From positions 5,901 through 69,900 of the forward strand of contig CANFHX010000004.1 in assembly GCA_947446865.1 (NCBI GenBank): a DNA stretch of 64,000 nucleotides, read 5' to 3'. Each line of letters begins with the position of its first letter. Position 1 is the first letter of the stretch. The stretch is from Flavobacteriaceae bacterium (GTDB taxonomy: Bacteria > Bacteroidota > Bacteroidia > Flavobacteriales > Flavobacteriaceae). The notes beneath the pieces are model-generated. The model had not been told where the DNA came from, searched no databases, and saw only the letters and a program-made list of their open reading frames with translations. The position numbers were made by a program, and so were the translations under genes. Below, in pieces: positions 29,362 through 37,951 of this stretch.

Positions 29362-29604
29362 TTAATTGTTCCATGAATTCTTATCGTAAACTTCAATAGT
29401 CTCTTCATTTAGAATTTCAGTCCAAGGGGGCACTTCTCTCTGAGTTCTTATCTGTTTAAGAATTTGGTTGGTTTCTATGGATGTTGTGCAACAAATAATA
29501 GAATATTTTTCATTTTTAAAATGATTAAAATGTGCAGATTGGATATTATAATCAACTTCTAATAAAATAGTATTTTTCAAAGTCATAATCGAAATAAAAT
29601 TCAC
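29362..29604 (-). CDS. Small hypothetical protein, 74-80 aa
   Basis: Fills a 660-bp gap with protein-like composition (ICCTT, VPPWTEIL). Alternative ATG at 29586. No family recognised. Confidence 0.5.
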   Translation of the reverse strand: MNFISIMTLKNTILLEVDYNIQSAHFNHFKNEKYSIICCTTSIETNQILKQIRTQREVPPWTEILNEETIEVYDKNSWNN

Positions 29605-29849
29605 ACAATTGACAGATTTTCCACATTGATTGAAATAACTATAAACTCAGCTTTCTACAAAAAAATAATTTCTACCAATTTGATTTTATAATTTTACTTC
29701 CTAAAAAATGCAGAAGATGTATTTATAGGAATTAGTCTTATTATAGATTATTAATAGCATTTAATTTATTTAAAATTTTAAAATTCGTGGAATTTTAAAG
29801 CTATTTATTGAGTAATAAACAAATATTTTTATTAAAAAAACCAAAATAA

Positions 29850-29905
29850 AACGTTAAATTTAGTTAAATAACTATAAAAATAGTTGTGTAACTAAAAATA
29901 TAGTT
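29850..29905. promoter_or_regulatory. Three tandem BlaI-type operators at 20-bp period
   Basis: AACGTT-AAAT-TTAGTT, AACTAT-AAAA-ATAGTT, AACTAA-AAAT-ATAGTT, ending 1 nt before -7 octamer TATGTTTG (29907-29914). Confidence 0.7.
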
Positions 29906-29944
29906 ATATGTTTGTTTCATAGTAATGAATTTAAAGTCAAACCC

Positions 29945-30304
29945 ATGCAAAAGTTAACCAATAAAGAAGAAGAAATAATGCATATTTTATGGAAGTTAAA
30001 AAAGGCTTTTGTAAAAGATGTGATGGCTGAAATAACAGAAGAGCAACCACATTATAATACACTTTCCACCATCGTCAGAAACCTAGAAGAAAAAGGCTAT
30101 GTTGGACATAATGCTTATGGAAATACCCACCAATATTTTCCGATTATAGCATTAGAAGATTATCGAAATACCTTCATGAATACGGCTATTGAGAATTACT
30201 TTAATAATTCTTATAAAAATATGGTTTCCTTTTTTGCGGAAGAAGATAAAATTTCGGCAAAAGAATTACGGGAGATTTTGGAGATTATTGAAAATAGAAA
30301 ATAG
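29945..30304 (+). CDS. BlaI/MecI/CopY-family repressor
   Basis: LTNKEEEIMHILW, HYNTLSTIVRNLEEKG. Start moved to ATG 29945. Confidence 0.93.
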   Translation: MQKLTNKEEEIMHILWKLKKAFVKDVMAEITEEQPHYNTLSTIVRNLEEKGYVGHNAYGNTHQYFPIIALEDYRNTFMNTAIENYFNNSYKNMVSFFAEEDKISAKELREILEIIENRK

Positions 30305-30325
30305 GGATTTTAAATTCTATAAATT

Positions 30326-32395
30326 ATGCAAGAATTAATTATTTATCTTTTAAAAGCAAGTGGTTTACTAGTTGCATTCTTTTTGGCGTATCATTTATTG
30401 TTGCGCAAAGAAACTTTTTTCTCAAGCAATCGTTGGTTTTTACTATTCGGATTGGTTGCTTCTGCCCTATTGCCCTTGTTGTTTTTTAAGAAAATAGTTT
30501 ATGTAGAACGCCCTAAAATTTCGTTAGACGATTTAATTGCAATGTCCAATAATCCGAAAGTACTACCATTTAATACTATTACACCTACAATAGAAACTAT
30601 AGATTGGCTTCAAGTTTTTGTATTTGGATATGGCATTGTGGCTTTACTACTTTTAGTTAGAGTAATTGTCAATATTTATTCCATCAGCAGATTATTAAAA
30701 AATAAAGTAGTTCAAAAAGAAAATAGTTTTTCTTTAATTGATTTAAAGGAAAATATCGCTCCGTTTTCATTTTTCAATTTCATTGTATATAATTCGATTT
30801 TATATTCTGAAAATGAATTAGATAGTATCTTATTACATGAAAAAGTGCATAGCCGTCAGAAGCATTCATTAGATGTTTTACTAGTACATTTATTTACAAT
30901 TATTTTTTGGATAAACCCAATAGTATGGTTATACAAAAAAGCGGTTATTCAAAATTTAGAATTCATTGCTGATAGCAAAGCAATCCAACATATAGAAGAT
31001 AAAAAAGCCTATCAAAAAGCGCTTTTAAAGGTAGTTTCTCATCAAAACTGCTTACCAATTACCAATCTTTTTTATCAATCATTAATCAAAAAACGAATCG
31101 TTATGTTAAACAAAAAGCAATCCCACAAAAGAAGTTCTTGGAAGTACACAGTAGTAATTCCGGCATTAATCGCCTTTGTATTTTTATTTCAAATAAAAAT
31201 AGTGGCTCAAGAGAAGGTAGAAAAAGATCCATCAAAAGCAGTAATTGCTATAGTAGTTGGCTTTTCAACTGACAAAAATGCTACTAACGAAGAAATGAAA
31301 AATTATACTAAAGTAGCCAAAGAACAATTAGGTATCGATTATAAATTTTCTAATGTTAAACGAAATGACAAAGGAGAAATTATTGCTATCAAAATTGAAT
31401 ACAAAACCAAAGAAGGTAAATCGGGTAAAATTGAATTGGATTCCGATAATCCAATAGAGACCATTTACTTTAATGCCGATGGGGATAAAGTGGGATTTTC
31501 AAAAAATGAATTTCAAAATTCATCTGATGAAAATAATACCACAGTGGGAATAAATTATAAGGATGCCATCAACTTGGTAAAACAAAATAATGACGGACGC
31601 ACAAATGCGGTTGCTATTCCAAATAACAATGAAGTATCCTTTATAACAAAAAATAAAAACAATGACGATGTTGTAGTCATTCGTCAAGGAAATTTTACTG
31701 GAATAAAAGTTCCAGGAGAACCTACTTTAAATCTAAATAGTAAACCTATTATTGTATTAGATGGTTCTATTGTTGAAGGGGATACTGATAAAATCATCAA
31801 TATGATTAATCCCGATAATATTGAAAGTATGAATGTTATTAAAGGGGAAAATGCTATTAAAAATTATGGCGATAAAGGAAAAAATGGAGTAATTGAGATT
31901 TATGCAAAAGTTAAAACTAAATCAACCAATACTCCTAATAGTATTACTGATAGTGATTATCTATCTATTGTATTAAATTCTAGTGAACCTGATGCGGTTT
32001 GGTATTCTCTATCTAATTATTTCAAAAAGCAAAATATAATTACTGATATTTCTAACATTAAAAGAAATAAGGAAAATAAAATTATTGCCATCACTATAGT
32101 AATGAAATCTAATGATGGAAGAGTTCAAAAATTAAATATAGAAAGAAACACACCTATTAAATCAATTGAACTATTTGTAGATAAAACAAAAAACAAAAAT
32201 TGGGATTTTGGAGTTAAAGAACTTGACCGAGAAATTGAATATAAAAGTGAATTAGATTCAAGTAAAAAGGATGAAATACAAGCGAGAAAAGATGCTATCC
32301 AAGCGAGAAAAGATGCTATCCAAGCAAGGAAAGATGCAGTTCAAGCAAGAAAAGATACGGAACAAGCAAAACTCGATTTAAAGAATAAAAAGTAA
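30326..32395 (+). CDS. BlaR1-like peptidase M56 signal transducer with periplasmic repeat domains and a TonB-receptor plug-like segment
   Basis: PFSFFNFI, HEKVH (HExxH), LEFIAD, LIKKRIVML. C-terminal half includes KPIIVLDG...INPDNIESMNVIKG...YGDKGKNGVIEI. Confidence 0.9.
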   Translation: MQELIIYLLKASGLLVAFFLAYHLLLRKETFFSSNRWFLLFGLVASALLPLLFFKKIVYVERPKISLDDLIAMSNNPKVLPFNTITPTIETIDWLQVFVFGYGIVALLLLVRVIVNIYSISRLLKNKVVQKENSFSLIDLKENIAPFSFFNFIVYNSILYSENELDSILLHEKVHSRQKHSLDVLLVHLFTIIFWINPIVWLYKKAVIQNLEFIADSKAIQHIEDKKAYQKALLKVVSHQNCLPITNLFYQSLIKKRIVMLNKKQSHKRSSWKYTVVIPALIAFVFLFQIKIVAQEKVEKDPSKAVIAIVVGFSTDKNATNEEMKNYTKVAKEQLGIDYKFSNVKRNDKGEIIAIKIEYKTKEGKSGKIELDSDNPIETIYFNADGDKVGFSKNEFQNSSDENNTTVGINYKDAINLVKQNNDGRTNAVAIPNNNEVSFITKNKNNDDVVVIRQGNFTGIKVPGEPTLNLNSKPIIVLDGSIVEGDTDKIINMINPDNIESMNVIKGENAIKNYGDKGKNGVIEIYAKVKTKSTNTPNSITDSDYLSIVLNSSEPDAVWYSLSNYFKKQNIITDISNIKRNKENKIIAITIVMKSNDGRVQKLNIERNTPIKSIELFVDKTKNKNWDFGVKELDREIEYKSELDSSKKDEIQARKDAIQARKDAIQARKDAVQARKDTEQAKLDLKNKK
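32279..32362 (+). repeat. Coding 21-bp x4 tandem repeat encoding (QARKDAI)n heptads
   Basis: caagcgagaaaagatgctatc x2, then variants with mostly synonymous changes. Confidence 0.9.
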
Positions 32396-32405
32396 TTTTA
32401 AAACT

Positions 32406-32436
32406 AAAAGATTGTATATAAATACAATCTTTTTTT
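32406..32436 (+). terminator. Rho-independent terminator
   Basis: aaaagattgtat-ataa-atacaatctttt plus T run. Confidence 0.8.
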
Positions 32437-32555
32437 GTTATTAATAAAAAGTTAATTTCGTTAAAAATTTGCAAAACTATTTTCTACAAAAAAAATCTCT
32501 TTTTAATTTTGTTTGGATTTAAAACTAATACATAAAACCCTAAATTTAATTTGTT

Positions 32556-33460
32556 ATGTTACCAAATAAAAATTATTGGAACTATTCGTTTCTATTAGCG
32601 TTGTTGTTACCTATTTTTTCTTTTGCGCAAAGCGATACGTTTGCGTTAACCGATAACAATATTCATCAAGAGGATATTGTCATGACTTGGAAGAAAAACA
32701 CTCCCGAGAAGGAAATGAAAGACGACTGTAAAGCCTTGGCAGAAAAAGGAATCACTATTAAATATTCGGACGTAAAACGTAACAGTAAAGACGAAATTAC
32801 CGGAATTCGTGTGGAATATTCGGATAGAAAAGGCAACAAAGGAAATTTGGAATACGACAACCAAAAACCTATTGGAACCATTACTTTTTATAAAAATGGC
32901 GAGGAAGTTGGTTTTGGGGAACCCAACAATACTAACGGAATTGCTAGCAATGATTTTATGAATGGTTTTTCCAATCCGCAAGAAATGCTAAAACAATTTC
33001 AATTAGGAAACGGTAATGATAATTCGCAATCGTTTAGTTTTAGTTCCCTAAAGATGGAGAGGGTTTTGGACAGTCGAAATCGAGAATTCAAATTCAAAAA
33101 GACGGAAAGAAACCTTTAGTTATTGAAGATGGAAAAGTTATTGAAGGTGGTGAGGATTATTCTCCCGAAGATTTAGATAAAATAAAAAGCGAAAATAAAG
33201 TAGAACATTTTGGCTTTTCTAATGAAGATGGAAAATCTAACGAGTTTGACTTTAGAAACCAAGAAGGATTGGACAATTTCAAAAAAGAAATGGATAAATT
33301 GATTCCTAATTAGTTAGATAAATCCAAATCAGAAATGGATACTACCAAAGAGGAAATGCTTAAAGCAAAAGAGGAAATGCTTAAAGCAAAAGACGAATTG
33401 GAAAAAGCACGAAAAGAATTAGAAAAATCGAAGGTGAAAGTGAAAACGCAAAAAGCCTAG
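32556..33460 (+). pseudogene. Interrupted secreted protein (about 300 aa) sharing a domain and heptad tail with the M56 protein
   Basis: Signal peptide and domain in the ORF-track frame. A -1 shift at the CCC run 33046-33048 opens PKDGEGFGQSKSRIQIQKDGKKPLVIEDG..., with in-frame TAG at 33311-33313, then (KEEMLKA)n heptads to TAG 33458-33460. Confidence 0.85.
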
Positions 33461-33482
33461 ATAAAACTAATTTAAAAAGTTA

Positions 33483-33541
33483 AACCGCAAATTCGCAAAT
33501 TTATTCACTTTTAAAGTGTTTTAATTTGAGAATTTGCGGTT
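33483..33541. repeat. 19-bp inverted repeat of 9-mer units, likely a bidirectional terminator
   Basis: aaccgcaaattcgcaaatt ... aatttgagaatttgcggtt between convergent genes. Confidence 0.8.
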
Positions 33542-33563
33542 ATTTATTTGAAGGGAAATTTAA

Positions 33564-34595
33564 TTATTTTCCGTCTTTGTCTACTATAATTCTAGCATCA
33601 CGATTGGCTAATTCCCATGTGATAGAGAAACCAAGTTGTGCTCTTTTTGTTAAAGCATCAAACTCAATTTTATCCACTTCATCGCTGGCTTTGTGGTAAT
33701 CGGCGTGCACTCCGTTAAATAAAAACACAACCGGAATTCCATGTTTTGCAAAATTATAATGATCGGAACGGTAATAAAAACGGTTAGGATCTTTTCTGTC
33801 GTTGAATTTATAATCTAAATTAAGATGGGTATATTTAGTATTTACCGCTTCGCAAATATTAAATAAATCGGTAGATAAATAATCCGAACCAATTAAATAA
33901 ACATAATTATTGCTGTCTTTGTGTAATTCGTCTCTTCTGCCTATCATGTCAATATTCACATCTGCAACAGTATTAGCAATAGGAAATAATGGGTTTTCAG
34001 AATAATACTCTGAGCCATACAATCCATGCTCCTCACCTGTCATGTGTAAAATTAATATGGACCGTTTTGGTCCGTGCCCTTCTTTTTTGGCTTTTTCAAA
34101 TGCTTGAGCAATTTCTAATAAAGATACCGTTCCAGAACCATCATCATCGGCTCCGTTATATACTTCTCCGTTTTTAATGCCCACATGGTCGTAATGTGCC
34201 GAAACTACTACAATTTCGTTTGGTTTTTCAGAACCTTCAATAAACGCCCAAATATTAGCTGAATCCGGAAGATTTTCACCTGAATCTTTGTTCATAAATG
34301 CCGCAGGAACCTTTTGATAATAACTATCGGCACCCTTTGGAAACGGAATTCCATCTTTTTTATATTGTTCCACTAAATAGCGTCCAGCCTTTTTTTGGCC
34401 TTCGCTTCCAGTATCTCTACCTTCCATAGTATCGGCAGCAATAATATTTAAATGGACTTTTAACTCAGATTCTGTAATCGAATTAATATAACTTACTTCA
34501 ATTGCTTCTCTATTTTTTGAAACAATTGGGGTTTGAGCATTAGCATAAGAAGCTATTAATAAAGCTACTATTACAAAGGAGGTGATTTTTTTCAT
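33564..34595 (-). CDS. M28-family aminopeptidase
   Basis: SAHYDH, GADDDGSG, GEEHGL, NIDMIG, RSDHYNF, DYH. Signal peptide. Confidence 0.92.
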   Translation of the reverse strand: MKKITSFVIVALLIASYANAQTPIVSKNREAIEVSYINSITESELKVHLNIIAADTMEGRDTGSEGQKKAGRYLVEQYKKDGIPFPKGADSYYQKVPAAFMNKDSGENLPDSANIWAFIEGSEKPNEIVVVSAHYDHVGIKNGEVYNGADDDGSGTVSLLEIAQAFEKAKKEGHGPKRSILILHMTGEEHGLYGSEYYSENPLFPIANTVADVNIDMIGRRDELHKDSNNYVYLIGSDYLSTDLFNICEAVNTKYTHLNLDYKFNDRKDPNRFYYRSDHYNFAKHGIPVVFLFNGVHADYHKASDEVDKIEFDALTKRAQLGFSITWELANRDARIIVDKDGK

Positions 34596-34598
34596 AAA

Positions 34599-35759
34599 TT
34601 AATGGATATTGATAAAGGTGTAAATTGCAAATAAAGTTAAAATGACAAAGATGAAAAATATATTGATAAAGAAGATTATAGTTCCTTTTAAAATAGTTAA
34701 ACCTCTGCTATCACCATAAAAACGATGGTGTGCTGGAAAAAAATAATAAAACATATAAATTATTGCAACGGTGGTAAATATATAATCTATTATTCTAAAA
34801 ATAAGATAATTATCTAGTAAACTTAATAAATAATTTCCCACACTTATTAGTAATATTCCTAAAAGTAAAAAGGAAAAATAATGCAGTGTAAAAATTCCGT
34901 GATCAAAATAATACCATTTCTTTTTATCTTGAAAAAGCCATAAAATAAAGGCAAATAAAGGCATGTAAATGAAAAGAGATTTTGGCAAATTATGTACAAA
35001 GGATTCTATAAATTTTTCTTTTATTTCTTCTTTGGAATATTTTTCTTCTACTAAAAGTATTTTGTGAACAAACCAATATTTAATTGGACTTAATTTTTCG
35101 GATGGTTTACCAAATTTTTGTATAGAATCTAACGCACTCACCGTTTTATATTTTGTCTTAAAAAAGGTAACTTCTTTATTTTCTTTTTCTATTGACTTTT
35201 CTTTATTTGCAATTTTTATATAATTGCGTAATGAGTCTGCTTCTTTTTTAGAAATTATCCCCTTTTTTCTTAACAGATTTATTTTATTAACAATAGAGTC
35301 TTTTTTGGGTAGTGATTTTATAGATTTTTTTGCAGGGTTATCTAATTTATCTTTATAATAAAGTCCTTCATTTGAATTAGATCCTTTATCTGCTTCAAAA
35401 GTAACCAACCCTTTTTCTTTTTTAACCCCATTGTTTTCATCACTTGGAAGCATACTTATCAAAAAGAAAGTAACAAAACTCACAAAAATATATAGACGAA
35501 CTGGTGCCAAATAAGACATTCTTTTTCCTGACAAATATTCTTTACTTAAAGAAGCAGGTCGGAAAATTAAATTTTTTATGGTTTTCCAAAAAGCATTTTC
35601 ATAATGGGTTAAATCTTCAAAAAAATGCACAAATAAATGAAAGAAAGTTTTTCTGGATTCGGTATTTTCTTGACCACAATTGGGGCAAAATCTTTTATCA
35701 ACTACATAATTGCAGTTCAAACAAGTTTTGTCTTTTCGCAAGGAATCGTGTTTGGACAT
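34599..35759 (-). CDS. DUF3667-like membrane protein with N-terminal zinc ribbon
   Basis: CLNC...FCPNCGQE, EYLSGKR...PVRLY, several TM helices. Confidence 0.82.
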   Translation of the reverse strand: MSKHDSLRKDKTCLNCNYVVDKRFCPNCGQENTESRKTFFHLFVHFFEDLTHYENAFWKTIKNLIFRPASLSKEYLSGKRMSYLAPVRLYIFVSFVTFFLISMLPSDENNGVKKEKGLVTFEADKGSNSNEGLYYKDKLDNPAKKSIKSLPKKDSIVNKINLLRKKGIISKKEADSLRNYIKIANKEKSIEKENKEVTFFKTKYKTVSALDSIQKFGKPSEKLSPIKYWFVHKILLVEEKYSKEEIKEKFIESFVHNLPKSLFIYMPLFAFILWLFQDKKKWYYFDHGIFTLHYFSFLLLGILLISVGNYLLSLLDNYLIFRIIDYIFTTVAIIYMFYYFFPAHHRFYGDSRGLTILKGTIIFFINIFFIFVILTLFAIYTFINIH

Positions 35760-35853
35760 AAATGGATATACTATTATTTGATGTAAATCTATTAAAAAAA
35801 ATTATTACTACTTTTGTTTATTATATTTAGTTTTTAAATTTAATTTTAAAAAA

Positions 35854-36315
35854 ATGCAATCCAAAGCAAGCACCCCCGAAGAATACTTATCCGAACTGCC
35901 AGAGGACAGAAAAATTGTTGTTCAAAAAATTCGAGAAGTAGTATTACAAAATTTACCCATAGGCTTTAAAGAAGTCATTTCCTATGGAATGTTAGGATAC
36001 GTAGTTCCGCATGAAATCTATCCTGATGGTTATCATTGTACTCCCAAGTTGCCTTTGCCTTTTTTTAATATCGCATCGCAAAAAAACTCGGTAAACATCT
36101 ACAATTTAGTAATTTATGCAAACAAAGACATTCACGATTGGTTTGTATCCGAATATCCAAAACATAGTAAATACAAGCTAGACATGGGCAAAGGCTGCAT
36201 CCGATTTAAAAAACTAGATGCTATTCCGTATGAATTAATAGGGGAATTAATATCAAAAGTTTCGGTAGAACAATGGATTGAAATGTATGAAAACACGATT
36301 AAAAACAAAAAATGA
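35854..36315 (+). CDS. DUF1801 (YdhG-like) protein
   Basis: ISYGMLGYVVP, IASQKN, DMGKGCIRFKK. Confidence 0.85.
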   Translation: MQSKASTPEEYLSELPEDRKIVVQKIREVVLQNLPIGFKEVISYGMLGYVVPHEIYPDGYHCTPKLPLPFFNIASQKNSVNIYNLVIYANKDIHDWFVSEYPKHSKYKLDMGKGCIRFKKLDAIPYELIGELISKVSVEQWIEMYENTIKNKK

Positions 36316-36947
36316 AGCAATTACTGACACAAATTTACAGCAGTGTATTTGAAGAAAAACTGGTTGAAGAATTGGCTTTAGTTTCTACTTTACATTCCTT
36401 TGAATCTGGAGATATCATTATTGATTTTGGAAATACAATAAATCAAATGCCATTATTGGTTAATGGTGCCATAAAAATTTTAAGAGAAGATTTTGAGGAA
36501 GGCGAATTACTATTGTATTTTATTGAAAAAGGAGATACCTGCGCCATAACTTTAACCACTTGCATCAACCAATCTAAAAGTGAAATTCGAGCAACTGCAG
36601 AAACTAATGGTCAGGTAGTAATGATTCCATTAGAAAAAATGCAGGAGTGGTTGGGTAAATATACAAGTTGGCGCAATTTTATTTTTAATAGTTATAATAA
36701 TAGGTTAAAAGAAATGCTCTCGGCTATTGATACACTAGCTTTTATGAATATGGAAGAGCGATTATTGCACTATTTAATAGACAAGGCAAAAATTAATCAT
36801 TCTCGAGAAATAAATAGTACGCATCAAGAAATTGCTTACGATTTGCATAGTTCAAGAGTGGTTATTTCTAGGATGCTCAAAGTTTTAGAAAACAAAGGAT
36901 GCCTACAATTACACCATGGCTCTATAACCTTAACCAGTCGAAAGTAA
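36312..36947 (+). CDS. Crp/Fnr-family transcriptional regulator
   Basis: cNMP-like domain (GAIKI...LLYFIEKGDTC) and HTH THQEIAYDLHSSRVVISRMLK. ATGA overlap with the DUF1801 gene. Confidence 0.92.
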   Translation: MKQLLTQIYSSVFEEKLVEELALVSTLHSFESGDIIIDFGNTINQMPLLVNGAIKILREDFEEGELLLYFIEKGDTCAITLTTCINQSKSEIRATAETNGQVVMIPLEKMQEWLGKYTSWRNFIFNSYNNRLKEMLSAIDTLAFMNMEERLLHYLIDKAKINHSREINSTHQEIAYDLHSSRVVISRMLKVLENKGCLQLHHGSITLTSRK

Positions 36948-36958
36948 CATTTGTAGCA
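36943..36958 (+). promoter_or_regulatory. Candidate Crp/Fnr-family site upstream of the TauE gene
   Basis: AGTAAC-ATTT-GTAGCA, 20 nt before TAAATTTA (36979-36986). Confidence 0.55.
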
Positions 36959-37018
36959 AACAATAATTGAATTAGTTGTAAATTTACCCTTTAATCCTAT
37001 TAACCCAAATCAAACTAA

Positions 37019-37822
37019 ATGGAACTAAATTCTATTTTTGGATACCTATCTGCCGTACTTGTTGGAGTTACTTTAGGATTAATTGGCAGTGGCGGATCGA
37101 TTTTGTCTGTTCCAATATTAGTTTATATCATGGGTGTCGAACCCATTTTGGCTACAGCCTATTCCCTTTTTATTGTTGGAACCACTGCCCTATTTGGTGG
37201 TTTTCAAAAGGCAAAACAAAAACTAGTCGATTTTAGAAAAGTAGTTTTATTTGGTATCCCAACTATTCTTTCGGTATTCATAACCAGAAAAATAATTGTT
37301 CCTAGAATACCGGAAATAGTATTTTCAACTTCAGTTTTCACCTTACATAAATCGGTTTTCATCATGATTATTTTTGCAATAGTCATGATTTTTGCTTCCA
37401 TTCGAATGATAAAACCTTTGCAAATTGAAATTCAAGAAGGGGAAGGAAAACTAAATTACATTAAAATCTTTATTCAAGGAGTATTAATTGGTTTAGTTGC
37501 AGGATTTGTAGGTGCTGGTGGGGGATTTTTAATCATTCCAGCCTTGTTGTTTCTTGCCAAAACTCCAATGAAAATGGCAGTAGGAACCTCTCTTTTTATT
37601 GTTGCTGCCCAATCTTTAATTGGGTTTCTTGGAGATTTAAGACCCGAACAAAACCTAAATTGGAATTTACTAATAACTTTTACAATCTGCTCCATAATAG
37701 GTGTTTTTACAGGAAGTTATTTATCTAAAAAAATAGAAGGCGAAAAACTAAAAACCGGATTTGGATGGTTCGTTTTAGCAATGGGAATTTACATTATTTT
37801 AAAAGAAATAATTTTAAAATAA
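37019..37822 (+). CDS. TauE/SafE-family sulfite exporter
   Basis: GLIGSGGSILSVP and GFVGAGGGFLIIP repeats, AVGTSL, about 8 TM helices. Confidence 0.92.
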   Translation: MELNSIFGYLSAVLVGVTLGLIGSGGSILSVPILVYIMGVEPILATAYSLFIVGTTALFGGFQKAKQKLVDFRKVVLFGIPTILSVFITRKIIVPRIPEIVFSTSVFTLHKSVFIMIIFAIVMIFASIRMIKPLQIEIQEGEGKLNYIKIFIQGVLIGLVAGFVGAGGGFLIIPALLFLAKTPMKMAVGTSLFIVAAQSLIGFLGDLRPEQNLNWNLLITFTICSIIGVFTGSYLSKKIEGEKLKTGFGWFVLAMGIYIILKEIILK

Positions 37823-37887
37823 TTCACTAAAGATTATGTTTATTTTAGGATGTTACTTTTAACGTTCCTTGTTTTATTTACTAACTT

Positions 37888-37903
37888 TGTAACAACTGTT
37901 ACT
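37888..37903 (+). promoter_or_regulatory. Candidate Crp/Fnr-family site upstream of the MBL-rhodanese gene
   Basis: TGTAAC-AACT-GTTACT, 21 nt before TACTTTTA (37925-37932). Confidence 0.65.
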
Positions 37904-37951
37904 TACATTACCGAGTAACCTTATTACTTTTACTTTTTAATTTAGTTTATT

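Noticed and set aside
29945-32395. Classical beta-lactam-inducible bla operon
   Set aside because: The M56 protein has no SxxK penicillin-binding domain and no beta-lactamase is linked. The serine hydrolase at 15.7 kb has no matching operator that I could see.
29652-32495. Shared tttctacaaaaaaa string at about 29652 and 32481 as a regulatory motif
   Set aside because: Low complexity in very AT-rich DNA and no dyad symmetry, so likely chance.
35778-35791. FNR-like box TTGAT-GTAA-ATCTA upstream of DUF1801-crp
   Set aside because: It overlaps the likely -7 octamer (TAGATTTA) of the divergent DUF3667 gene, and its spacing differs from the three concordant boxes.
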